Assembly: GCA_042216285.1 (NCBI GenBank)
Contig: JBDGUC010000009.1
Coordinates: 24,649 to 88,648, forward strand
Origin: Haloferacaceae archaeon
Lineage (GTDB): Archaea; Halobacteriota; Halobacteria; Halobacteriales; Haloferacaceae
Direction of reading: 5' to 3'
Length of the DNA: 64,000 nucleotides
The notes under the pieces were generated by a model. It had not been told where the DNA came from, ran no database searches, and worked only from the letters and a program-made list of their open reading frames with translations. Of this stretch, positions 18,427 through 27,174 are shown piece after piece. The position numbers and the translations under genes were made by a program. The number at the start of each line of letters is the position of its first letter. The first letter of the stretch is position 1.

Positions 18427-18951
18427 ATGGCGTGGTACGACTACCTCGTCGGGCAGTCCTGGGGCCAGCGCGCGGTGATCCTCCTGACCGTCGGCGTCTA
18501 CGCGTATCTCCTGGCCGTCCGGCCGGCCGCGGCCGTTGCGAGCGCGCGCGGCGCCGCCGTCACCCTGATCCGGCTGTTCACGCTCGTCCTCGCCTCGCTC
18601 CTCCTGGCCAGCGCGCTCGAATCGCTCCTGCCCGAGGAGGCGGTGGTCCGCTATCTCGGAGGCGGGGGCGGTCCGGGCAACGCCGTGCTCGCGGGGCTCC
18701 TCGGCGGGGCACTCCTGGGCGGGCCGTACGCCACCTACCCCATCATGCGAAGCGTCAGGGAACAGGGCGCGGGTCCCGTCGCGGTGCTCTCGATGTACGT
18801 CGGATACAGCGCCATCGGCGTCGGACGGGTGCCGTTCGGGCTCGTCATCTTCTCGCCGACCGTCGTCGCCATCCGACTGCTGTGCGGCGTCGGCCTGACG
18901 GTCGCGGCCGCGCTCGTCATCTGGGCGACCGTCGGGGACCGCACCGGCTGA
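18427..18951 (+). CDS. Half-size permease (DUF318/ArsP-like), copy 2
   Basis: LLGGALLGGPYATYPIMRSVREQGAGPVAVLSMYVGYSAIGVGRVPFGLVIF. The ATG is 2 nt after the copy 1 stop. Confidence 0.6.
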   Translation: MAWYDYLVGQSWGQRAVILLTVGVYAYLLAVRPAAAVASARGAAVTLIRLFTLVLASLLLASALESLLPEEAVVRYLGGGGGPGNAVLAGLLGGALLGGPYATYPIMRSVREQGAGPVAVLSMYVGYSAIGVGRVPFGLVIFSPTVVAIRLLCGVGLTVAAALVIWATVGDRTG

Positions 18952-19022
18952 CCCGCCGCCGGCGAACCGGTCGGGATCGGTCCGGCCCCATCACTTATCG
19001 TCGTCCTCCCCCACCCCTGCGT

Positions 19023-19982
19023 ATGCGCTTTGGCTACCACTGCGCGTCGTTTCACTTCCCGGGGAGCGAGCAGCGGGCGTTCGAGTCGGCCGTCTCGCTC
19101 GCCCGACGCCTCGACGACGCGGGGTTCGACTGGTTCTCGACGATGGACCACCTCTGGCAGTTGCCGTTCGTCGGCCGGCGCGACGAGCCGTACTTCGACG
19201 CCTACACCACCCTGCCGGCCGTAGCGAGGGAGACCGACTCCGTCGAACTCGGCGCGCTCGTCACCTGTCCGCACTACCGGAATCCGGCCATGCTCGGACG
19301 CCAGATCACGACCCTCGACCACGCCAGCGGCGGGCGGGCCGTCCTCGGCATCGGCGCCGGCTGGTTCGAGGAGGAGTACGCGGCCTACGGCTTCGAGTAT
19401 CCCGATCCCGAGACGCGCGTCCACGACCTCCGGGACGCCGTCGACCTGGTGCGGGCCATGTGGACCGAGCCGTCGCCGCTCTCCCACGAGACGCAGACCC
19501 ACGCCGTCGAGGACCTGTATCTCGAACCGAAACCCGTCCAGGACGGCGGTCCCGAGGTGCTGATCGGCGGCGGCGGCGAGGACCTCCTGTTGAAGGCCGT
19601 CGCCGACCGCGCCGACCGCTGGAACGTGCCGGGGGTGAGCCCCCGGACGTTCTCGCACAAACTCGACGTGCTCGCGGGCCACTGCGACCGGTTCGGCACC
19701 GACTTCGACGCCATCGAGAAGACGGTGTTGCAGACGGTCGTGATCCGCGAGACGGCCGACGCCGCCCACGGGGCCTACGAGCGCCTCCAGCGCGAGACGG
19801 CCGCCGCGGACCCAACGCCGCGCGACGACCACCGGGGGCTCGTCGGGACGCCCGACGACGTCGTCAGGGGCATCGAGGCGTTCGCCGACCGCGGCGCCGA
19901 GATGGTGATCCTCCGGGCCGAACGCAACGACCCCGAGACGGTCGACCGCCTCGTCGAGACGGTCGTGCCGTCGTTCGCGTAG
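19023..19982 (+). CDS. LLM-class (luciferase-like) flavin/F420-dependent oxidoreductase
   Basis: FDWFSTMDHLWQ, LGALVTCPHYRNPAMLGRQITTLDHASGGRAVLGIGAGW, GTPDDVVRGIEAFADRGAEMVIL. Confidence 0.8.
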   Translation: MRFGYHCASFHFPGSEQRAFESAVSLARRLDDAGFDWFSTMDHLWQLPFVGRRDEPYFDAYTTLPAVARETDSVELGALVTCPHYRNPAMLGRQITTLDHASGGRAVLGIGAGWFEEEYAAYGFEYPDPETRVHDLRDAVDLVRAMWTEPSPLSHETQTHAVEDLYLEPKPVQDGGPEVLIGGGGEDLLLKAVADRADRWNVPGVSPRTFSHKLDVLAGHCDRFGTDFDAIEKTVLQTVVIRETADAAHGAYERLQRETAAADPTPRDDHRGLVGTPDDVVRGIEAFADRGAEMVILRAERNDPETVDRLVETVVPSFA

Positions 19983-20215
19983 CGGCGGTCCGGTTCGTTC
20001 GGCCCCGCCGCGACGGACCACGGCGCCCGTGACACGGCCCCCGGCCGATCAGTCGCGGTGGTCCACGTCTTCGTCCTCGTCCTCGACCTCGATGAGGTCG
20101 TCCCGGCCATGACCCCCAGTTCCGGCCGAGCGGACGGTCGACCAGCGCGACGAGGCCGAGGACGATCCCCGATAGAGGGCCCCGCCGAGCGCGGTGACGA
20201 CCGGTCTGCGGACCG

Positions 20216-20812
20216 TCACCCGGTGCTGTATCGCTCCTCGCGCCACGGGTTCGCCGCGTTCGAGTAGCCGCGCTTCTCCCAGTACCCCCGCCGTTCCTCG
20301 GTGAGAAACTCGACGCTCGTCACCCACTTGGCCCCCTTGTACGCGTACTTGTGTGGCGTCACCACGCGGAGCGGCCCGCCGTGGTCCGAGGGGAGGGGCT
20401 GGCCGTCGAGTTCGAGGGCGAACAGCACCCCCTCGTGGGTGCAGTCGTCGAGCGGGAGGTTCGTCGAGTAGCCGTCGAGCGATCCAAAGAGCACGTGGGC
20501 GGCGTCGTCGCGGACGCCGGCGCGGTCGGCGAGCGTCCGGAACGGGACGCCGGCGAACTCGTTGTCGAAGCGGCTCCACCCGGTGACGCAGTGAAAGTCC
20601 TGGCGCTGGGTCTCCCGCGGGAGGTCGGTGAACTCCTCCCACGAGAGCGCGAGTTCGGTCTCGACCGCCCCGGTCGCGGTGAACTCCCACGTCTCCACGT
20701 CCCACGACGGCGTGCCGCTCTTCGAGAGGACGGGAAACCGGTCGGTGCGCCGCTGTCCCGGCGGGAGACGGTCGCCGCCGAACTCCTCGTGGATCGTCGT
20801 CAGGTCCCGCAT
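20216..20812 (-). CDS. Small molybdopterin-binding oxidoreductase (sulfite-oxidase/MsrP-like catalytic domain), no signal peptide
   Basis: DFHCVTGWSRFDNEFAGVPF, GGPLRVVTPHKYAYKGAKWV, RGYWEKRGY. Only the last 198 codons of ORF 20216..21784 are coding-like. Confidence 0.75.
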   Translation of the reverse strand: MRDLTTIHEEFGGDRLPPGQRRTDRFPVLSKSGTPSWDVETWEFTATGAVETELALSWEEFTDLPRETQRQDFHCVTGWSRFDNEFAGVPFRTLADRAGVRDDAAHVLFGSLDGYSTNLPLDDCTHEGVLFALELDGQPLPSDHGGPLRVVTPHKYAYKGAKWVTSVEFLTEERRGYWEKRGYSNAANPWREERYSTG

Positions 20813-20982
20813 CGGACGTCGAGAGGTTCGTCGCCGCGCGCAATAAGTGGCGGTGGCGCGCCCCGTGGCGGCCGGCGACTCCGGCGGTGGTCCGGGGCGG
20901 TACGGTCGTCGGGGGTATCGTCTCGACGCGGTCTCTCGCGGAAGCGTTATCTTACCCCACGCCCATTCTCCGACTCCCGGCC

Positions 20983-21231
20983 ATGCCGCTGCTCCGATTC
21001 GAGACGGCCGACTCGACCGAGCGCACCCAGATCGGCGAGGGACTCGTCCGGTTTGCCGTCGCGGCTGGACGGCTCGAAACGGGTCACACGGAGGGGAAGT
21101 ACTTCCTGAACCACGCCGACGGCTGTGGCGTCGACGGCAGGCGTCTCCGCCCCGGCGAGCCGTTCTACTTCGACACCGACACCGGCGACGTCCTCTGTGC
21201 GGAACACGGCGAGCGCCGCGACGGAACGTAG
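20983..21231 (+). CDS. Small acidic hypothetical protein with a possible Cys/His metal site
   Basis: MPLLRFETADSTERTQIGEG..CGVDG..FYFDTDTGDVLCAEHG. TTATCTTA box about 36 nt upstream of this ATG. No family recognised. Confidence 0.4.
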   Translation: MPLLRFETADSTERTQIGEGLVRFAVAAGRLETGHTEGKYFLNHADGCGVDGRRLRPGEPFYFDTDTGDVLCAEHGERRDGT

Positions 21232-21267
21232 CCGGACGCCGGACGGTCCCGCGTCTCCCCGCCGCCC

Positions 21268-21918
21268 TCATCCCTGCAGGAGGTTCATGACCTCGTCGAC
21301 GACGCCGGGTTCGGCCGCGACGAGATACCGCTCGCCCGGGATCAGCGTCAGGTCCGGGCGCGCGACGTGGTCGCCGTCGGCGTCGGAGACGACCAGCGCC
21401 CCCGCCGGGAACCGGACCTCGCCGAGGGCCTTGCCCGCCGCCGGCGCCCCCTCGCTGACCCGCACCCGCAGGACGTCGAGGGCGCCGGTCACGTCGGCCA
21501 GCGACTGGACGTCGCTGCCGAGGACCTCGTCGGCGGCGACGCGCGCGCCGGCCCCCTCGGGGAAGACGACGGCGTCGACGAACCGGGTGTAGGCCTCGCC
21601 CTCCGGACGGTCGATGCGCGCGACCGTCCGGACCTCCGATGCCAGTTCGCGGGCGAGCAGGCAGACCGCGAGGTTCGTCCCCGTCTCGCCGGTGAGCGCG
21701 GCGACGGCGTCGGCGCGCTCGACGCCGGCCTGCTCGATGATGTCGGGGTCGGTCGCGTCGCCGTGGATGACCGTCGCCAGCCACTCGTCGGCGATGGCAG
21801 ACACCACCTCGTCGTTTCGTTCGATGATCGTCACGTCGTGTCCGCGGTCGGCGAGCAGCGCGGCCGTCCGGAAGCCGACGCGTCCGCCGCCCGCGATGAG
21901 TGCGTTCGTTTTCGTCAT
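21268..21918 (-). CDS. TrkA-N/TrkA-C (RCK) NAD-binding regulatory protein
   Basis: ALIAGGGRVGFRTAALLADRGHDVTIIERN Rossmann motif, plus a C-terminal TrkA-C like segment. Confidence 0.8.
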   Translation of the reverse strand: MTKTNALIAGGGRVGFRTAALLADRGHDVTIIERNDEVVSAIADEWLATVIHGDATDPDIIEQAGVERADAVAALTGETGTNLAVCLLARELASEVRTVARIDRPEGEAYTRFVDAVVFPEGAGARVAADEVLGSDVQSLADVTGALDVLRVRVSEGAPAAGKALGEVRFPAGALVVSDADGDHVARPDLTLIPGERYLVAAEPGVVDEVMNLLQG

Positions 21919-21922
21919 GGGA

Positions 21923-23374
21923 TCAGTCGTCCGTGTCGGTCGGTCGCTCCGCGTCGGTCGTCCGGGTCTCGTCCGGCGGTGGGGTCGGCCGGAGGCGGTC
22001 GAGCGCGTAGTAGGCGAGACAGCCGAGGCCGATCCAGGCCCCGCTGAGGGCGAGCGCCAGCGCGTCCGTGCGCGCGAGATAGGTCACCAGGACGCCCGTC
22101 AGGACGAGGTTGAGCGCGATGCCGATCACCGGCGGGGCGGGGTAGTACGGCATCTCGTACGGCCGGTTCATGTCGGGGCGTTCGCGCCGGAGTCGGATCA
22201 CCGCCACGTTGACGACGACGAACGACAGCAGGAAGAAGAGACTCGACATGTTCCCGGCGCTCCGGGTCGGGAGCGCGACCGACCCGAGCATCACGACCGC
22301 GCTGGCGAGGATGGCGACGAACGGCGTCCCGTACCGGTGGTGGAGGGTGCCGAACGAGGGGAGCAACTGCCCCTCCCGCCCCATCGAGAACGCCACCCGC
22401 GAGGAGGCGATCACCACCGCGTTGAGCGCCGTCAGCGTCGAGAAGACCGCCCCGAAGGCGATGATCGCTCCGCCGTTCCGGATCACCGGGAGCCCGGTCG
22501 GCATGAACTGCGCGGCCGCCGTGGCGATGCCGGCCTCGCCGGCCGCCGCGAGCCCTCCCGCCCCGACGGTGCCGATCGCCACCGTGACGACCAGCAGATA
22601 GACGGCGACGGTCGCGCCGAGGCTGATGACGATGGCCTTGGGGATGTTCTCCCGGGGGTTCTCGACCTCCTCGGTGACGGTCGTGATGAGGTCATAGCCC
22701 TCGAAGGCGATGAACGTCAGCCCCATCGCGGGGAGGATCGCGGCGGGCCCGCCGCCCGGGAACAGCGGGTGGAACTCGGCGGTCGAGAACATCGGCGACG
22801 TCAGGCCGAAGGCGGCGAAGACCAGCAGGATCGTCACCTTCGTGAGCGTGAAGGCCGTCTCGACGCGTCCGCTCGCCGCCGTCGAGACGGCGTTGAGCGC
22901 CACGAACAGGACCACGACCGTCGCCGCGATGGCGAACGTCGTGGGGGCGGTGACGCCGACGACCGGCACGGAGAGCGTGCCGACCGCCTCCGGTCGCGGG
23001 ACGAGGCCGTAGAGGTGGAGCAGTTCGAGGAGGTTCGGCGCGAACCCCAGCGCGTACAGCGCCCCGGCGATCATGTAGGCGAACCAGAGCATCCAGCCCA
23101 TCAGAAAGGAGGGGAGGTCGTCGAAGATCTCCCGGACGAAGGCGTAGCCGCCGCCGCTTTTCGGGATCGACGCGGCGAGTTCGGCGTACGAGAGCCCGGT
23201 GAACGCCGTGACGACGCCGTTGAGGGCGAACACCAGGACGGCGGCGGGGCCGGCGATGTCCGCGGCGAGGCCGGTCAGCACGAAGATGCCCGCCCCGATC
23301 ATCGCCCCCATCCCGATCATGGTCGCGTCGAGCAACCCGAGGTCGCGCGTGGGGGACCGCTCCTGGCCACTCAT
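21923..23374 (-). CDS. APC-superfamily amino acid/polyamine permease
   Basis: LGLLDATMIGMGAMIGAGIFVLTG, about 12 hydrophobic segments, 483 aa. Stops 4 nt before the trkA-like start. Confidence 0.85.
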   Translation of the reverse strand: MSGQERSPTRDLGLLDATMIGMGAMIGAGIFVLTGLAADIAGPAAVLVFALNGVVTAFTGLSYAELAASIPKSGGGYAFVREIFDDLPSFLMGWMLWFAYMIAGALYALGFAPNLLELLHLYGLVPRPEAVGTLSVPVVGVTAPTTFAIAATVVVLFVALNAVSTAASGRVETAFTLTKVTILLVFAAFGLTSPMFSTAEFHPLFPGGGPAAILPAMGLTFIAFEGYDLITTVTEEVENPRENIPKAIVISLGATVAVYLLVVTVAIGTVGAGGLAAAGEAGIATAAAQFMPTGLPVIRNGGAIIAFGAVFSTLTALNAVVIASSRVAFSMGREGQLLPSFGTLHHRYGTPFVAILASAVVMLGSVALPTRSAGNMSSLFFLLSFVVVNVAVIRLRRERPDMNRPYEMPYYPAPPVIGIALNLVLTGVLVTYLARTDALALALSGAWIGLGCLAYYALDRLRPTPPPDETRTTDAERPTDTDD

Positions 23375-23501
23375 GCCCGTCGGAGGCTACGTCGGACGCC
23401 CCCGTCAAGAGCCTGTGGCGGCGATTTCACGCCCTGGGAACGACCCCCGGGTTTATGCATCCGACGCGGCCGCCACCGTTCCCGCGGCGGCCCGGACCGA
23501 T

Positions 23502-23563
23502 CCGGCCCTCACACCTCGACCGTGCCCGCGGTCCGGCCCTCACACCTCGACCGTGTCCGCCGC
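23502..23563. repeat. 31-bp tandem direct repeat x2 (CCGGCCCTCACACCTCGACCGTG[C/T]CCGC..)
   Basis: Read directly in the 493-bp non-coding spacer upstream of the nos cluster. Confidence 0.7.
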
Positions 23564-23718
23564 GCGTCCGCAGTGGTCGGCCGCGACGGCGACGGTCGCC
23601 GGGCCCGGGCGGCGCGCGGCGGCGGTCGGCGGGCCCGTCGGGCGGCCACTCGGCGCCTCGTCCGGGCCCTCGCACGGCCCGTCGACGGGGGTGTCCGAAT
23701 CCCGCATAAAGGGGGGGC

Positions 23719-23730
23719 CGAACGACTTCG
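23719..23730. promoter_or_regulatory. Inverted repeat CGAA-N4-TTCG upstream of the halocyanin/nos operon
   Basis: CGAACGACTTCG at 23719-23730, about 40 nt upstream of an A/T box (CTTAATATTCGATAG, 23766-23780). It has the same form as the semi-palindrome I recall from haloarchaeal denitrification promoters (NarO-dependent). Confidence 0.4.
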
Positions 23731-23867
23731 GGCACTCACTCACGTACTGGGAACCGGTCTCGGTCCTTAATATTCGATAGTGGCGCCCTCCACGTGTACA
23801 TGAGTTCAGTTGCCACCGATCCCGGAACGGCGCGTCGAGCACCACCCGACGAGGGGGTGATCGGCCC

Positions 23868-24371
23868 GTGACCCGCGACACCGACAGACGCACGTGGCTG
23901 AAGGTCGTCGGCGGCGCGGCGGGCGTCGCGCTCGTGCCGGCGCTCGCCGGCTGTAGCGGCGGGTCCGGCGCCTCCTCGCCCTCGCCGAGTTCGGCCACAG
24001 AGACCGCGTCGACCTCCGGCGGCGGCGGCCAGTGGGCCGAACGGAAGACGGTCGACATGACTGACAGCCTGAAGTTCGACCCCGACCACGTCCGGGTCTC
24101 GAAAGGGACGAACGTCACCTGGAAGAACCCGAGCGGCATCGGACACACCGTCACCGCCTACGACGACGGGCTCCCGGACGGCGCGTCGTACTTCGCCTCC
24201 GGCGGGTACGACTCCGAGCAGGCCGCCCGCGACGCCTACAAGGACGACACCGGCGGCGTCGTCTCGAAGGGCGAGTCCTACTCGCACACGTTTCGGACGA
24301 CGGGCACGTACAAGTACTTCTGCATCCCCCACGAGATGAACGGGATGGTCGGATACGTCAAGGTGGTCTGA
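23868..24371 (+). CDS. Halocyanin (plastocyanin/azurin-family blue copper protein), Tat lipoprotein
   Basis: DRRTWLKVVGGAAGVALVPALAGCSGG (twin-Arg plus lipobox). Type-1 Cu ligands GHTV...YFCIPHEMNGMVG. Confidence 0.85.
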   Translation: MTRDTDRRTWLKVVGGAAGVALVPALAGCSGGSGASSPSPSSATETASTSGGGGQWAERKTVDMTDSLKFDPDHVRVSKGTNVTWKNPSGIGHTVTAYDDGLPDGASYFASGGYDSEQAARDAYKDDTGGVVSKGESYSHTFRTTGTYKYFCIPHEMNGMVGYVKVV

Positions 24372-24372
24372 C

Positions 24373-26418
24373 ATGAGCGCCGACGACGAGATCGACCGGA
24401 GCGAGGCGGCCGCGGACGAGGGGACCGAGCACGCGGCGGGACGCGACGCCGCCTACGAGCGGCAGTTGAACGACCTCCTGGCGGACGTGGAGGAGCCGTC
24501 GGACGGCGACGGAACGGACGGGGGCGGCCTCCCGCTCACGCTCGCCGGCCTCGACGTGGGGCGGCGCGACTTCATGAAGGCGGGCGCCGCCGTCGGAACC
24601 GCGAGCGCCCTCGCCGGCTGTAGCGGGTTCGGCGGGGGCGGCGCGAGCCGGAACACCCCACAGGGCGCCGCGAACGGCCCCGACCACGCCGTCCCGCCCG
24701 GCGAGCACGACGAGTACTACGGCTTCTGGAGCGGGGGCCACTCCGGCGAGGTCCGGATCGTCGGGCTGCCGTCGATGCGCGAGATCCGGCGCGTCCCCGT
24801 CTTCCAGCGCGACGGCGCCGTCGGCTACGGACACGACGAGAAGACCAAGCAGGTGCTCGACGAGGGAAGCGAGTTCTCGAACCTGCGCCACGAGTGGGGC
24901 GACGCCCACCACCCGATCCTCTCGGAGACCGGGGGGGATTACGACGGCAAGTACCTCTGGATCAACGACAAGGCCAACGGTCGGATGGCCCGTATCGACC
25001 TGAACTACTTCGAGACGGACGCCATCACGGACATCCCGAACATGCAGGCGTGTCACGGGACCGCCGTCCAGAGTCCGGACACGAAGTACGTCTACGGCGT
25101 CGGCGAGTTCCGGGTGCCCGACCCGAACGACGGCTCGGCCGTCGACGACACGAAGAAGTACTGGTCGACGTTCGCCGCGCTGGATCCCGAGTCGATGGAC
25201 GTCGCCTGGGAGGTCCGCGTGACGGGCAACCTCGACAACGCCGACTCGGGCAAGGAGGGACGGTGGGCCTTCGCCACCGGCTACAACAGCGAGCAGGCCT
25301 TCGAGATCCAGGGGATGACCCACGACGACCGGGACTACCTCAAGGCCTTCGACGTCGACGCGATCGAGTCGGCCATCGAGGCCGGCAAACACGAGACGGT
25401 CGACGGCGTGAAGGTTCTCGACGGACGCAAGGGCTCGCCCCTCAACGAGGGCGACGCGCCGATCGTCCACTACATCCCGACGCCGAAGAGCCCCCACGGC
25501 TGTGACGTGGACCCGACCGGCACGTACGTCACCGCGAGCGGGAAGCTCTCGCCGACGGTCACCGTCGTCGAGATCGACAGGATCGACCAGGTGTCGAACC
25601 CCGGGGACGCCATCGTCGGACAGCCCAAGGTCGGCCTCGGCCCGCTTCACACGACGTGGGACGGGCGCGGCAACGCCTACACCACGCTGTTCATCGACTC
25701 GCAGATCGCCAAGTGGGACGTCGAGAAGGCCGTGGAGGCCGAGAAGGGGTCGACCGAGCCGATCCTGGGCAAGATCGACGTCCACTACAACCCCGGCCAC
25801 CTCCAGGCCGTCGAGGCCGAGACCGTCGACCCGGCGGGCGACTGGCTGGTGAGCCTGAACAAGCTCTCGAAGGACCGCTTCATCCCCGTCGGCCCGATCC
25901 ACCCCGACAACGACCAGCTCATCTACATCGGCGAGGACAAGGGCGACGCCCAGGGCGGGATGCAGCTCGTCTCGGACCACCCCGTCCACCCGGAGCCCCA
26001 CGACGCCGTCTTCGCGAGCGTGGACAAGATCGAGCCGAAGGTCGTCTGGGACAAGGCGGACTACGCGGGCGAGAAGGAGTACGTCGAGGAGACGAACTCC
26101 CGGGTCGAGCGGACCGGCGACTCCTCGGTCCACGTCTACACGTCCTCGAAACGGAGCGAGTACGGACTCCCCGACTTCCACGTCGAGCAGGGCGACGACG
26201 TGACGATCACGGTGACCAACATCGAGACGTCGCGGGACATCATCCACGGGTTCGCGATCCCCCACCACGGGATCAACCTGGCCGTCGCACCACAGGACAC
26301 CCGCGAGGTGCAGTTCACGGCCGACCGGCCGGGGGTCTACTGGGTCTACTGTACGTTCTTCTGTAGCGCCCTGCACCTCGAAATGCGCTCCCGGATGATC
26401 GTGGAGCCCCGGGAGTAA
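24373..26418 (+). CDS. nosZ: Nitrous-oxide reductase
   Basis: Tat motif GRRDFMKAG plus LAGC. Seven-bladed propeller His motifs (DAHHP, CHG, SPHGCDV). C-terminal CuA site HGFAIPHH...YCTFFCSALHLEM. Confidence 0.95.
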   Translation: MSADDEIDRSEAAADEGTEHAAGRDAAYERQLNDLLADVEEPSDGDGTDGGGLPLTLAGLDVGRRDFMKAGAAVGTASALAGCSGFGGGGASRNTPQGAANGPDHAVPPGEHDEYYGFWSGGHSGEVRIVGLPSMREIRRVPVFQRDGAVGYGHDEKTKQVLDEGSEFSNLRHEWGDAHHPILSETGGDYDGKYLWINDKANGRMARIDLNYFETDAITDIPNMQACHGTAVQSPDTKYVYGVGEFRVPDPNDGSAVDDTKKYWSTFAALDPESMDVAWEVRVTGNLDNADSGKEGRWAFATGYNSEQAFEIQGMTHDDRDYLKAFDVDAIESAIEAGKHETVDGVKVLDGRKGSPLNEGDAPIVHYIPTPKSPHGCDVDPTGTYVTASGKLSPTVTVVEIDRIDQVSNPGDAIVGQPKVGLGPLHTTWDGRGNAYTTLFIDSQIAKWDVEKAVEAEKGSTEPILGKIDVHYNPGHLQAVEAETVDPAGDWLVSLNKLSKDRFIPVGPIHPDNDQLIYIGEDKGDAQGGMQLVSDHPVHPEPHDAVFASVDKIEPKVVWDKADYAGEKEYVEETNSRVERTGDSSVHVYTSSKRSEYGLPDFHVEQGDDVTITVTNIETSRDIIHGFAIPHHGINLAVAPQDTREVQFTADRPGVYWVYCTFFCSALHLEMRSRMIVEPRE

Positions 26419-26427
26419 CCCCCGGAG

Positions 26428-27174
26428 GTGATCCCCGTGCGCCTGCCATCGACCGACGAACTCGTGGAGGCCCGCCGGGGGCTCGCCGTCCTCGCGGCCC
26501 TGGCGTTCGTCCTCGCGGTGTTCCTGCCCATGTGGGCGATCGACGTCCACGCGGTGCAGTATCCCGACCAGGTGCTCCACCTGCACATCTACGCCTATCC
26601 CCACATCTCCGGGGATTACGTCGAGATGCACCGGCTGAACAAGTACATCGGCTTCTACTACCCGGATCCGGTGTACTGGCAGCCGAACTACCCCGTCCAC
26701 GAGCACGCGGTGAAGGTTCCCGAGTGGTCGGTCGGCCCGGTCGCGTTCCTGGCCGTGGCGGCGCTGTCGGTCTTCGTCGCCATCGCGCCGACGGGGGAGA
26801 AGCTCCGCCGGGGGCTCAGGTGGCAACTCGTCGGCACGATCGCCGTGTTCGTCGTGATGCTCGTCGACATCCAGTACCGGCTCTACCAGACGGGTCACTC
26901 GCTCGACCCCGACGCGCCGGTGATGGGCGTCGAGGGATTCACGCCGCCGATCTGGGGGAAATACGCGGTGGCGAACATCACCAGCTACTCGCACCTCGAC
27001 TTCGGCGCGTACCTCTCGATGCTCGCCATCGCGCTGCTGGTCCTGGCGTATCACTTCCGGACGACCGACGCGACGATCCGGGAGGTCCCGGGACTCCTCT
27101 CCGAGGAGGTCGGACGGGTCCGGGACGACCCCTCCCGGTTGCTCGACGGAACGCGCCGAGAGCCACGAGAATGA
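26428..27174 (+). CDS. Uncharacterised His-rich integral membrane protein embedded in the nos operon
   Basis: GTG start 9 nt after the nosZ stop; ATGA overlap with nosD. Four hydrophobic segments. An extracytoplasmic loop carries HAVQYPDQVLHLHIYAYPHISGDYVEMHRLNKY and HEHAV. Confidence 0.6.
   Translation: MIPVRLPSTDELVEARRGLAVLAALAFVLAVFLPMWAIDVHAVQYPDQVLHLHIYAYPHISGDYVEMHRLNKYIGFYYPDPVYWQPNYPVHEHAVKVPEWSVGPVAFLAVAALSVFVAIAPTGEKLRRGLRWQLVGTIAVFVVMLVDIQYRLYQTGHSLDPDAPVMGVEGFTPPIWGKYAVANITSYSHLDFGAYLSMLAIALLVLAYHFRTTDATIREVPGLLSEEVGRVRDDPSRLLDGTRREPRE

Noticed and set aside
20049-20843. 264-aa ORF on the - strand, and ORF 20351..21109 on the + strand.
   Set aside because: Both are out of frame or antisense to the molybdopterin oxidoreductase gene and have basic low-complexity composition.
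23455-23709. 84-aa ORF starting at the ATG inside the TTTATG box upstream of the nos cluster, and the overlapping minus-strand ORFs.
   Set aside because: The translations are Pro/Arg-rich and strongly basic, and they contain the 31-bp tandem repeat. They are not protein-like for a haloarchaeon.
24358-27054. 898-aa ORF on the - strand.
   Set aside because: It is antisense to nosZ and the following nos genes. It is rich in R/V/D/G and has no family resemblance.
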